From Octopus sinensis (Eukaryota), in assembly GCF_006345805.1 (NCBI RefSeq), contig NC_043004.1, forward strand, positions 50,406,001-50,470,000: a stretch of 64,000 bases of DNA, in the 5' to 3' direction. The translations under genes were made by a program, and so were the position numbers. Positions 1-13,403 of this stretch are shown piece after piece (position 1 is the first letter of the stretch; the number at the start of each line of letters is the position of its first letter). The notes below the pieces were generated by a model. The model ran no database searches. It was not told the DNA's origin and saw only the letters and a program-made list of their open reading frames with translations.

Positions 1-2
1 TT

Positions 3-155
3 AACAATGACGCCTTTGACACCATCCTTCAAGATATTCCCCTGCTAAAAAAGGACCACAGAATGAACTTAATCCTCCAAACACACACCATCATAAAAAG
101 CAAGAGACAACTCAAATCTATGAAAAGTCTCCTAACACAAGCCCGAATATGCTGA
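3..155 (+). mobile_element. Penelope-like element remnant (RT/GIY-YIG linker-like peptide)
   Basis: Frame 3 reads ...IIKSKRQLKSMKSLLTQAR, resembling the PLE 'KRQPxNLKxLLTxA' linker. A hammerhead motif follows 50 nt downstream. Confidence 0.5.
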
Positions 156-201
156 TGTGGACGTTGCGTGTATAGTTCTGCAAATTATATTTGCAAAGAT
201 G

Positions 202-272
202 ATCACACTGATGAGCTACAGACAATTACGTAAGAAATTATGTAAGTGATAATAGCGAAACTAGTTTATGAT
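202..272 (+). ncRNA. Type I hammerhead ribozyme-like motif (PLE type)
   Basis: ATCACA-CTGATGA-GCTA..TAGC-GAAA-CTAG-TT-TATGAT: canonical core, 4-bp stem II, palindromic stem III, stem I with 5 of 6 pairs. Confidence 0.6.
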
Positions 273-530
273 TAATCTATATTTTGTTTCTTTTCATTTG
301 TCTTGCTCACTTACGTTCTGGCGTTTGCTAAAATTTTCTTGAGAACATTTCTTTCTTAGTGGTAAGACCATAGTGGATCTACTTCTAGCATAATGGATTT
401 CCACGTAGTGGCCATCCCTCTTATATGTATGTAATATAATTTTTCTGTATCTTCAGATTTTAATATGCTAGACCATTGGTTTTCAATTGATATTAATCAA
501 ATTAATATTCAATTTTTCACCCTTATTATT

Positions 531-533
531 TTA

Positions 534-583
<50 letters not shown>

Positions 584-663
584 TAATATATATAATATAT
601 AATATATACCTATATATAACATATATTATATACATATATATATAATATATAATATAATATATA

Positions 664-701
<38 letters not shown>

Positions 702-831
702 ATATATATATAATATATAATATATAATATATACATATATATATAATATATGTAATATATGATATATATATATATATAATATATAATATATACATATATA
801 TAATATATGTAATATATGATATATATATATA
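531..831. repeat. (TA)n-rich microsatellite, representative of dozens in the window
   Basis: Direct inspection. Confidence 0.95.
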
Positions 832-1614
832 CTGTTGTTTCTGGGGAGAGTCATTTTCTTTTTGTGCCTTATAATGTAACACACTCACCAGTAAAATTTC
901 CACTTATTTCTTATCTTTATTTTCATAAAATTTTCATTGCATCTTGCAACTTTTTCAATAGTCTTGACTCTTAATAGTCTGGCAACCTTTTCAAGACTAT
1001 TGAAAAGGTTGCAAGACGCAACGAAAATTTTAGGAAAATAAAAATAAGAAATAAGTGGAAATTTTACCGGTGAGTGTGTTACATTATAAGGCACAAAAAG
1101 AAGATGACTCTCCCCAGACACAACAGAATATGCTTCAACACACGAACTCATATAAAGAATCTTGCAAACCAAATCCAAAAACGAATTATATATATATATA
1201 TATATCTATATATATAAAACTCAACTTGTGTATCTGTGTGTGTATCTGTGTGTGTCTGTGTGTTTAACTTCCTGGCACATCTCCTCCTAGCCAACAAATC
1301 GTAGAACCACCAAAAACGGGTCACTTAAAGTTTAGGCGAATGAAAATTGAACTGCGCGATTTCTGTTCCGAAATTCATCTCGCAAGTGCAAAAATCTATA
1401 ATGTGTTTGTTTAGGTCTTATCCCATGCATTGAATAGTGAACTTTACTCAGTATCACTTAGGTTTACGAGAGAGGGATGACCTCCCTTTGCAAATATCAT
1501 AAGGGCACAGAAAGTGTGCCTAAAGCCAGCTGGAGACGATCTCCTAGGGCTAAAAGCTACAGTAACACCCACCCTTAGTGGTTAGCCATATTGAGATGGC
1601 TAGTATACTTTATG

Positions 1615-1653
<39 letters not shown>

Positions 1654-1740
1654 TATATACATGTGTATATATATATATACATATATATGTACATATATAC
1701 ATGTGTATATATATATATACATATATATACATCTGTACAA

Positions 1741-1780
<40 letters not shown>

Positions 1781-2013
1781 TTCTTCCCTTCTTTCCTGAG
1801 CGTCCAATAATACTTTATTGTTCCACGTCCTTGCGTTGTTGTCTTTTTGTTTTCTTGTTTGGATTAACTATATATATACATATATATGTACATATATACA
1901 TGTGTGTATATATATATATACTATATATATGTACATCTATACATACAAAAAAATATGATGACCAAAATCCTTCAAAGGACTGTGAAACATCCAAGTCTGC
2001 TGGTACAGTCCAA

Positions 2014-2065
<52 letters not shown>

Positions 2066-4185
2066 ATGGAAATCTCTTCATGAAATACAAATTAGATTCC
2101 TTATGAGGAATTACATACTGGTATGAATGATTACGTCCAACACAAATATGCAAAGACTTTTCATGTCCTACATCTGGAATACTCCTGGACATTAGATTAC
2201 ATAATACTATATGCCTCTAAAATGACAGGATGGTCATGGCTGGAATGCCTTTGATCATCATGGTTGATGTAAGGTTAAAACAGCAGCAACAACAATGATA
2301 ATAACCGAGCACAGACATGTACAAGAGTTAATTGCACTTTATTTGCATTATAGGGCTAACGAGGTATTTTGCTGTTCCTTTTCGTGAAATACCAACTTGT
2401 CAATTTGTTGTAGTTGTAGTTGTTGTCATAGCTATGGTGTGACATTAATAATTTAAATTTGAGTGACATTATCAGCAGGCTGATAATGTCAGCAAGCTTT
2501 AAAGTATTTTGTTGTGTGAGGCAGTTGACTGCTTTCATGAAATTATAGAAGAGAATACCAACAATGCTATTAAATCAATTTGTCTGTGAGTGTCATAACA
2601 TGTTCGGTTGAAGAAGTTCCACTGAAGACATTAGAATGTAGATGAAGTATGTCTGGGAGTTCTTGTTACTGTTTCTGTTGTTTCAGTTTACCGTGTCCTT
2701 GGCCCAGTCAATTAGGCTGTAACAAGGTACCAGACAATAGATTGCTGTTCTTGCCAATGCTATTTTAGCACCAAGACAGCCCTGGTCTAGCAGGTCTATG
2801 ATCAGAAGCATTTAGCTACAACCACCTGTCTTTTTTTTCTTTTTTTTGTATAACAGGGACTTCATTATTCAATGTGTTGTTCAATCCTGTAGCATTCACA
2901 TTATTCTGTCAAATATAATACTCAGTTATTCAGATTATTTTGAATTAATCATGCATTATCTTGTAGTTTTGAGATTTTGATGAGATGTGGTTGTTTGTTT
3001 TTAGAATTACATTGTAGGGTAGGTGTGAGAGATCAGATCTCACCAGTGTGAACATGATAAACAGGTAGAATATTTAGGTCAGATGTGGCTGGTTTAAATG
3101 CTAAAGGGTTAAGATGGTAGGGTATAATTTGAAGGAAGTTTGGCTATTCTTTCTTGCATGTCTTGTGACCATGTAGATGCTTGGGGATCCATAAGGACCA
3201 GAGCTTATCTCTAGTATTTCAGTCAGATGGACTATATATGATGTGACAAGGTTTCTACTTCTCCTTCTAACCCCATCAGTCTCAGAGACCCTATAAAGGT
3301 CACTAGTTCAAGCCTTTACTCCTTGAAAAATCCTTAAATGTAAGACAGCTAATGTTTGATGTTGGTGGGGGAATCAAAGTCTCTGGTCTGTATAGTGATA
3401 ATAAAGATTCCTGTATGTTAACTCAGTTCTAAATATCAGCTTTAATATACCAATAAAACAGATGGCTATTTGCCTTGGTTAAAATAGCAGTTAAATATAC
3501 TCCAGTTCACATCCTATCCTCTTAACTTTTAACTTTCTATTGATGTAGTACCACAGCCTGCATCAGTATGACAATTCTGAAATGCATAGTATCATGAGAA
3601 TTGTACAAATCTTGTTTACATTCATTTTGAAGGAAGTGAGGAACTCTCAAAACCTTTCTTCTATCTTTCATTTCTGTTCTATAATAAAATCATTACAGTG
3701 TGGTGCTTTTGACTTAGAAACTTTTCAACAGGTGTTAAGAATTTGATAAAAATGAACACATTAGATTACATCTGAAGGAAACGGTGATAGGATCATAGTA
3801 GGAATGTCTCTGTTTGTAGGCTTGCTAGATCAAAGCTAATCAGGACACTAAATAAATATTGCAAATATAGGCACAGAAGTGGTTGTGTATAGGTGCAGGA
3901 GTGGCTGTGTGGTAGGAAGTTTGCCTCACAACCACACGGTTCTCGGTTCAGTCCCACTGCATAGCACCTTGGGCAAGTGTCTCCTACTATGGCCCCAAGC
4001 CAACCAAAGCCTTGCAAGTTCCAATCTTGATCTGGTAGAGTTTCTACAGCCGGATGCCCTTCCTAATGCCAACCACTCCAAGAGTGTAGTGGGTACTTTT
4101 ACGTGCCACCAGCATGAGGGCCAGTCTGGCGGTACTGGCAACGGCCACGCTCAAATGTCTTTTTTTACGTGCCATATATATATGT

Positions 4186-4217
<32 letters not shown>

Positions 4218-4233
4218 GTATATATGTATATAT

Positions 4234-4266
<33 letters not shown>

Positions 4267-6200
4267 TATGTATGTATTTGTGTGTCTGTGTTTGTCGCCC
4301 CACCATTGCTTGACAACCGATGTTGGCATGTTTACATCCCTATAACTCAGCGGTTTGGCAAAAGAGGCCAATGAAATAAGTACTAGTCTTACAGAAAATA
4401 AGTCCTGGGTTCGATTTGTTCAAGTAAAGGTGGTGCTCCAGCATGGCTGCAGTTAAATGACAGAAACAAGTAAAAGAAATAAAAAAAAATCTCAAAGTGA
4501 GAAATTTGCAGGGAAGTGGAGTTAGTTGATTAAATCATCATCATTTACTGTACTGGTACTTTATTTTACCAACCCCAGGGATCCAGATGGATGGCAGACA
4601 AAGATGACTTCAGCAGGATTCAAACTCAGATGTAAAGAGTTGAAACAAGTACAGCAAGACAATTTTTTTTTTTTCAGTTACTCAAGACAACAGTAATAAT
4701 TATGGCTTGGTAAATTTGCTACATTCTGAAAGCCACAGCTGCAGCATCTCTGATTATGTGCCTACAAGATGAGATCTCAACATAGGCTAAATAACAACAG
4801 CAGCATTATGTATGTATTTGTGTGTCTGTGTTTGTCCCCGCTGCCATCACTTGACAACCGATGTTGGTGTGTTTACGTCACCATAACTTAGCTATTCGGT
4901 AAAGGAGATTGATAGGATAAGTACTAAAGTTGCAAAGAATAAGTGCTGGGGTCAATTTGTTCAACTAAAGGTGGTGCTCCAGCATGGACACAGTCAAATG
5001 ACTGAAGCAAGTAAAAGAATATATATAGTTGGCATACATATATAGATAGATGAATATATTCCAGGGAGTAACAACAAGTTCACAAGAAGCTATGTTCAAC
5101 CACTCAGACTAAAATACTCATAGATCATTCTGAGAGTGAATAAAATATCAAATCTATTATTGTTCTTTAGATCCTGAAGAACCACATATGAAACAAAATA
5201 TATTTTGTCAGACTAATGATTAAAGAGTAAATATATATATATGCTGAGACCTCCTTCGGTCACGATTGACCATGGGATTGCACCTAGAAAGTTACCCTCC
5301 AAGGCACATGTCTGGGCAAGGTTGTTTTATGAAAGACCAGCAGTCACCCATGCATACCGGCCTCCCCTCTCCACGCCACCAGTGTTATCCAAGAGAAAGG
5401 CAAAGGGTGATACAGCTTGGCACCTGTGACATTGCAACTCATTTCTACAGCTGAGTGAACTGGAGCAACGTGAAATAAAGTGTCTTGCTCAAGAACACAA
5501 CATGCAGCCCAGTCTGGGATTCAAACTTTGTAAGCTCGACACTCTAACCACTGAGCCATGTACCTTCACACGCACGCACGCACACACAATGATTATTTTG
5601 AAAATTCACAGAACACATAGACAAGAACATTCTTGTTAGAGATATGAGCTAGAAATGGGTTAAATCTACTGGTGCATATACATATAAAAATGCATAAAAT
5701 AAACCAAAAAGACTTTGGTTTTGTGAGAACAAAGCTGTGTATTGTTGTCGCGATTTACGTATTGAAAAGTCTGGGAATTGTTGAATAAATGAAAACGATG
5801 AGTAAGTCTTATAAGATAATAATATATAGCCCTTTTCTAGCATTTTATGTGCGTGGCCTCATTTCACAATTAGATAGAGGTCTTTGTGTGAGTTATGAGC
5901 TGTGTTAGTAATGCTTAGCTTAGTTGGTTGTGTTAACTTTTCTCACATAAAGTCATATCTTTAGAATCTCTCTGTCTGACTGTATCTCTCTCTCTCTCTC
6001 TCTGTTGGACTATATATCTGTCTCCCTCACTTATGCTCACACAAATACACATACTTATACAGATCTCCTCCCACATGAAGCGAACTACTGTGGATTTTTG
6101 ATTGATCTGATTGACGATTGATATGAATGTGGGCTCTGCAAGTATATTAAAAGGACCTAATCAGCTTTCAGTTTGGTAACAATACTAATAGTTAACTCTC

Positions 6201-6389
6201 TACTCTTTTACTTGTTTCAGTCATTTGACTGCGGCCATGCTGGAGCACCGCCTTTAGTCGAGGAAATCGACCCCGAGACTTATTCTTTGTAAGCCCAGTA
6301 CTTATTCTATTGGTCTCTTTTGCCGAATCGCTAAGTGACGGGGACGTAAACACACCAGCATCGGTTGTCAAGCAATGCTAGGGAGGCAA

Positions 6390-6422
<33 letters not shown>

Positions 6423-6610
6423 CACATATATATATATACATATATACAACAGGCTTCTTTCAGTTTCCGTCTACCAAATCTACTCACAAGGCATTGGTCG
6501 GCCCGGGGCTATAGTAGAAGACACTTGCCCAAGATGCCACGCAGTGGGACTGAACCCGGAACCATGTGGTTGGTTAGCAAGCTACTTACCACACAGCCAC
6601 TCCTACGCCT
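6201..6610 (-). mobile_element. SINE family A (tRNA-like head, internal microsatellite, AAAAGAGT tail)
   Basis: Full-length copy. Further near-identical copies are listed separately, plus many fragments. Confidence 0.85.
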
Positions 6611-7659
6611 AAGTTGATTAAATGTGATGAAGTTGGGGTACAAACACTATAACTCTTTCTTTACCAACCTACCAGAGGCCACCTTTATTTCAATGATACA
6701 AACTTCTTGTTGATCCTTTTTCATACCAATGACTCTGAAATCACCTTTGGTTCTATGATGCAAATTCCCTATTTTACAGTATTATAAATTAAAATTACTT
6801 GCCAGCACAGTTACTGCTTTCATCTCTTACAGAGATTTTATAACTGGCTGCTTTGTTGCAAGATCAGCCACTGAACATCGCTTGATTTTCTACATATTGC
6901 GAACTGGAGTACTGCCATCTCTAGCACTTAGGAAGGGCAAAAATAGCCTGGAACCAGGCTGTTCTGTTGGTCCTGTCACTAGAGTGCGGTAGGGGTCTGT
7001 TCCCCTGCTTGCAATATATTGGATGCAGGTTTCATTGTTAACCAGCTAGAGAAAATGTCCTCTTGAGGTTAAAAAATTCCAGTAATGTCTGTTCATTACA
7101 AAACGGCCATGTTGAAGTGGCGGCAAACATTGAATTAAAATCATCAAAATTTCTCATAAATTTTTATTCCAAATTCAAGGTCTCAACTTGCTAAATATGA
7201 ATTGAGAAACTCTTTTGTTCTCAACCAACTGTAGGAAAATACAAAAAATCTAAAATATAAACTTTATACTTAACTATGTGACACCATAGGCAAGTGTCTT
7301 CTATCTACTATAGCCTTGTGAGTGGATTTGGTACATGGAAACTGAAAGAAGCCTGTTGCATATATATATTTATATGTGTGTGTGTGTACGTGCATGCTTT
7401 TATGTCTTGTGTTTGTCCTCCTCCGCCACCACTTAACAACTGGTGTTGGAGTGTTTACATCCCTGTAACTTAGCAATTTGGCAAAAGAGACTGATAGAAT
7501 AATTACCAGGCTTAAAAAAGTGTAAGAACTGAGGTTGATTCATTTGACAAAAGCTTCTTCAAGGCAGAGTCCCAGCATGGCCACAGTCAATGACTGAAAC
7601 AAGTAAAAAGTAAAAATTAAAAGATAGCTTGGAAGGAAGGTGTGTAGCATGTGATTGTC

Positions 7660-7990
7660 ATACATGACATAAAAAGTTGAGCAGAGAACCTGCATCAAAT
7701 TTTGCCAAAAGCTTGGCAATACCTGCTCAGAGGCCTATGCAAAGTTTTTATCATTCTTGACACATGATCTGATACGTGATCTGATCAATAAGTATCTGGA
7801 CTGTTGCCATAGTAACGAAGCTAAAGCATGCAGAGTAAAGCCGCTTGGTACAGATTGACCTTGAACTCTGCTGTGCATGTGCACTAAGTTTTAACGTTCT
7901 TGCTCACTTCCGCTGTTTACAGTAGTGCTTGGAAGGAAGGTGTGTAGCATTGGCCTTGACAGAGGAGCGTGTGATCATTGTATTGACCAT
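7660..7990. mobile_element. Degenerate, rearranged mariner 5' fragment
   Basis: 7680-7745 translates EQRTCIKFCQKLGNTCSEAYAK, resembling a mariner N-terminal HTH. Confidence 0.5.
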
Positions 7991-9471
7991 GACAGAGAAA
8001 GGCTGCAGTTTAACTCACATGCAGCATCTTTCAGAGCTGTTGCTAATTCAGCTCTTAATCAAACTGAAAACTGTTTACATTTTTGAAGAGGACTTGTCCC
8101 TAACTACATATTGGCAAAAAAAAAAAAAAAAATTGAGATTTGATCCAGTAGAGAAAAGTTTTCATCAAAATTTGTAGCAACATCACAGGAGAGTAAGTAA
8201 CACCATCAATCAGGTTTATTTCAAAAGCAAAATAGATAGAGGAAAGCATTAAGAATTTCATAGTGTTGGTCCCATGCAACAAAAATTTGTATAAAAAAAG
8301 TTGTAAGGTAAAATATCATGGAAAAAAATATCAGTAAGCAAAAAATTGGATTGAAGTATAATTAACATTTTATTTTGAAAACAAACTATATTTGAATTAA
8401 GTTTAAAAGCTAGAGCTCAATTTGAGGGATTTCATGGTCTCTATCTCATGCACTCTCATGCAATGAAGTTTTAAAAGAAAAGAGTTATGTGTATTTGTTT
8501 CTCAAATTTGAGGGTGATAATATAGTTCTATACTTTTTTATGAACATAGTACTATAACTCTCTCATGCACCAAATGGCAATTGCTAAAAAGCATTCATGA
8601 AGTAAAATCATGTAGCAACACCAAATGGCGGTGCCCCAGCATGGCCACAGCTAGTGAGCTGAAACTAGATAAATAAATAAAAAAAAAAAAAATAAGGAGA
8701 CTTTAAATATATGTCACCGACATCATTGAGGTAAAGAAAATATTATCAATGACACTGCTAATTGACACATTTGACACATTATTAATTAGCATAATAGCAT
8801 ATCCTGGAAAAAAAAACATGGATGACATGGAAAAATGCGAGCAAGAGAAATAATATTCTCAAGAGTATAAAACTGGAAAAGTACAGGACAAGTTATTACA
8901 CTTGGAAAAGTTCAGGACAGGTTATTATGTCTGTTAAAGTACAGAACAAGACTTTTTTTCATAAGTTTTGAATTCAAATCTTTTACCAAATCTTAGTCAC
9001 AATTTATGTTCCTAGCACTGGCTTAATAATAACGATGTTATTTTACTAAATTCTTTGTTATATTTAAAATAATTGGAAGAAACACAGAGCATCTCAAAAT
9101 AAATACATTAATGAAAGGGTTAAGAAAGGTACCATCATTTTGCTAAAATATTGACATACTAGAATACTTAAAAAATGAGAGCCAGAAGTACCAATGTAGC
9201 TAAAGTTTTATGCAAAGCAGATAGTATATATGGTAGGCAAATTCATTTTTTAAAAAATAGGCATTGGGTCAAGTGAAAAATGTGAAGACTTGGCAATAAC
9301 TTAGGAAATAACTCAAGCAAATTTTATTGTGAATTTGTTATAGGTACACTTTACTCTAATCAATATATAACTAATTTTCGTATTATTCTGTTTATTGCAC
9401 TAACTAATTATGTACTGCTATAATTTTTTATAATCTATTTTCAAATTTCTAATTATTAATTAATAATCTTT

Positions 9472-9876
9472 TACTCTTTTACTTGTTTCAGTCATTTGAC
9501 TGCGGCCATGCTGGAGCTTCGCCTTTAGTCGAGCAACTCGACCCCGGGACTTATTCTTTGTAAGCCCAGTACTTATTCTATCGGTCTCTTTTGCCGAACT
9601 GCTAAGTGACAGGGACATAAACACACCAGCATCAGTTGTCAAGCAATGCTAGGGGGACAAACACAGACACACAAACACACACGCACACACACATATATAT
9701 ATATACATATATACGACGGGCTTCTTTCAGTTCCGTCTACCAAATCCACTCACAAGGCTTTGGTAGGCCCGAGGCTATAGTAGAAGACACTTACCCAAGG
9801 TGCCACGCAGTGGGACTGAACCCAGAACCATGTGGCTGGTAAGCAAGCTACTTACCACACAGCCACTCCTGCACCT
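9472..9876 (-). mobile_element. SINE family A
   Basis: Matches 6201-6610 end to end. Confidence 0.85.
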
Positions 9877-10327
9877 AATAATTAAAAAAATGAATATTTT
9901 TAAAGTGCAAAAAATATTTTGAGTTATTTTTTATTTTTAATAGAAGAAACAAGTAATAACAAATAGAAATAATAACTGTAATAAAATTTTTAGTTTTAAT
10001 CAAAGCTAATATTTTGTAAATTTAAATATTTTATTTGAAACTTTATCCTTAGCTGTAATATTTTAAGTAAAAATTTTTTTGTTCTGTACTTTACTGGATG
10101 TAATAAGTTGTCCCGAATTTTTCCAAGTGTTATAACTAGTCCTGTACTTTTCCGGGTTTATAATCTTAAAAATATTATTTCTCTTGCTCGCATTTTTCCA
10201 TGTAATATATATATATATATATATATATAAATGCAGGCATAGGTGTATAGTTAAGAACTTCTGTAGCCCTGGGCCAACCAATACCTTTGTGAAAGAGTTT
10301 GGTTGATGGAAACTGTAGAAGCCTGTA

Positions 10328-10359
<32 letters not shown>

Positions 10360-11472
10360 CATCATCATCACCATCAGTTAATCTCTGTTGTCCATGCTGG
10401 CATGGAATGGATAGTTTGACCAGAGCTGGTAAGCTGGAGAGCTGCACCAGAATCCAGTCGTATTTGGTTGGCATGGCTTCTGCATCTAGATACCCTTCCA
10501 AATGCCAACCACTTTACAGAGTGTGCTGGGTGCTTTTATATGGCATCATACGGGTGCTTTTACATGGCGTTGCATGGGTGCTTTTACATGATGTCACACA
10601 GGTGCTCTCTCTGTCTGTTTGTCTCTCTCTCTCTGTCTCTCTCTCTCTCTATATATATATATATTGTTTGTTTTGTTTGTTTGTTTATATATATATATAT
10701 AATATATATATAGTTCAAATTTAAAGGAAATTAAAGACAAACACAGGTGTAGGAACAACTTGCAGGTGTAGTAGTTTAACGCTCAGGAAGAATGGAAAAG
10801 TCTTTTACGTTTCGAGCCTATGCTCTTTGACAGAAAGGATTAAGAGGAAAAAAGTCACAGAAAATGAAAAAAAGGAGGAAAAGAGGAAAAAAAAAAGTTA
10901 AAATGGAGAGAAAATGGCAAAGTTATTTAAGATACAGAATTTGAAAGTTCAGAAAGTTTAAAAGTTGTGGTAGATTACAGCAATTTACATCAATGGAAAT
11001 AGCCAATAAGATCCATGGAGGTAGAGTCCAAACATGTACAAAGTTCCAGTGGTAATCCAGATGGAGTGCTGGTTATGTGGATGAGGAGAGGTAGTTAAGA
11101 TGAATATATATCTGCAGATATGTCTATGTTTGTGTCTTTGTATCTGTATTTGTCCTCACACCTGGTGCTTGACAACTGCTTTTGGTTCATTTATGCCTAT
11201 GTAACTAAACAAAGTACCAAGCTTTAAAAAATTGAAAAAAAAAAAAAAAAACTTATAAGTATTGAGGTTGATTTGTTTTCCCCAGCATGGGAGATATAAT
11301 TGTGCATGCTATATGCTATATATTAACTTTGTTCATGGTGGAGAATACAAAGTTTTGCAGAAAATTTTAGTGCAACATGGAACAAAAATGGGTGAGAAGC
11401 AGTTTTAAATACTAATTTGAGTTGATGAAAAAACAGTAACAGCAAGTAACTGGACTCTGGTCAAATTTTGGC

Positions 11473-11699
11473 TTAACCCTTTAGTATTTAAACCGGCCAT
11501 ATCCGGCCAAAATATTTAATCAGTTTTATGTTCAAACTGACCAGATCCAGGCTCTCACACCTACCCTACAATGCTATTATACATTAAGTAATTACACCAT
11601 CAAGATCTTGAAGATATGAGATAATGCATGATTAATTCAAGTCAATGGGAATCAATAAGCATTATGTTTGATAGAATAATCTGAACACTAAAGGGTTAA
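11473..11699. mobile_element. piggyBac-type MITE, family 1
   Basis: TTAA-CCCTTTAG...CTAAAGGG-TTAA. Related copies at about 2880-3112, 13892-14075, 30438-30665, 34127-34347 and 39593-39821. Confidence 0.8.
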
Positions 11700-12265
11700 G
11701 GCCAGCAAGTTTAAGGGAGGAACTAAATCAATTACATTGACCCCAGAGCTCAACTGGTACATATTTTATTGACCCCGAGAGAATGAAAGGCAAATTCAAA
11801 CTTGACAGAATTTGAACTCAGAACATAAAGATGGTGAAATACTGAGGACCATTTTGCTTGGCTTGCTAACAGTTCTGCCAACTCACTGCCCTACTGGTCA
11901 TGTATATATTGTTTGTTTGTAGACTAGGTTACTAATTATCCTACCATCTCATCATCTCTCAAATTAGGTAATATAATGTAGTTTTCTACTAGATTTTATT
12001 TACATTAACGCCTAAAAGTTAATCCATAACTCACAATATTTTATCTTTTTTCTTTTTAATTCTGTTTTACATCTGTTTTGAACCTGCCTGCATGGATGAG
12101 ATGGTTTGATTCCTGGTGTAGTTGTATTAATAGCTTGAGGATCACCCTTCCACCATTAAGTACTCAACTGTGAGACAGATGAGGGACATGTTTTTACAGC
12201 TGGAATGATGCCCCCTTCTTATCACAACTGTGAAACAAGAAGCAGTCCCTGTTTGAAGTTGTGTA

Positions 12266-12299
<34 letters not shown>

Positions 12300-13007
12300 G
12301 CCACTAAGAAAAATTTTAGTGAGTGGATGTCAATGAGGTTGCTTCTTCTACTAAAAATAGCAGCATAGTGTTGTGCTTGCCATTTTGAAGTTTGTCAGAG
12401 TTCGACAGGCAAGAAATGTATGTCTCGTTATTGAGAGAGAGAGAGAGATGAAGGTGAAGTATCATTTCATGCATCACGTACCAAAGTGACATAGTCTGGC
12501 AGCACCCAAGATGACTCTGGTAACAGTAAAAAAAAAAAATCCAAGATTATATTAAAGGTTACCTAAAAAAAAACTTTGAGAAAGTTCCACCACAATTTTG
12601 ATGTTAAATTAAGAAAGTTCACTTTTGATCTGTACTGACACCACTCATACCCACCATCTCAAATTTCTGTTCAGTCAGTTAAACTTGATCAAATAATGTT
12701 ATGTGCTTTACTTAGGGACACAAATATAATGACTGGTATAGTGTTAAGGTTTAAACTTATGAGCATAGGCTTAGTAGTTCAGCACCTCACAGACATTGTT
12801 CTTCTGTGTCATCTATTATCAGCTGCAATTGGTCATGTTGATAAGAGTTTAGATTCTGTGTACACACCCAGCAACCTTAATTCTGAAATGCACCAGTATA
12901 CTTAACTGTAAAAAGGCGCCATGTGGAGGTTTAACTTACTTGGCTGTAAAGGAGTATCATATAGCAGCCAATTCTACCTAGCTGTTACTATGAGGATGTT
13001 CAGTTCA

Positions 13008-13403
13008 TCTTTATATATAAGTGAAGTTGTGTGTCTGTCTCCTACGATTTAGATTCCTAACTACTCCCACATTTTGCTGTGCAGTGTAACCAAAACCGGG
13101 TATCCTATAGTCGTGATTCATATCGAGCCCTTCTGGGTATTAGCGCGTGTCTACGATGAGTCTACGATTTTAAAACAAATTTACAATCAATTTTTCCCAT
13201 TTTTAATGCATTTTTGGCATATATAAGGGAAGTAACTCTCTAAAAATTTATTATTAAATCTCAGAACGTAAAAAGCTACAGTAACACCCCCCCCTTTGTG
13301 GTTAGCCATTTTGAGATGGCTATTATACTTACTTTACATCTCTAAAAATGCTTATATAGTTATTTCCCTTACAAACCCGAGCAACGCCGGGCGATACTGC
13401 TAG
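13008..13403 (+). mobile_element. Non-autonomous Helitron
   Basis: A|TC 5' end, subterminal hairpin CCCG-AGCAACGC-CGGG, CTAG|T 3' end. Relatives at about 1250-1610 (+) and 58260-58508 (-). Confidence 0.75.

Noticed and set aside
531-2192. Many Y/I-rich ORFs here and throughout (e.g. 28703-28937, 31278-32678, 59534-61130)
   Set aside because: Translations of (TA)n/(TG)n microsatellites, with no splice or homology support.
6375-6617. Recurrent ORFs of the MLGGQTHTH / [13 protein letters not shown] type that look like a gene family
   Set aside because: They are readings of SINE A copies on both strands, not genes.
6830-7130. GC-richer non-repetitive stretch with a CAACATGGC motif on the - strand
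   Set aside because: No convincing ORF, splice pair or recognisable family; cannot be called as an exon or promoter.
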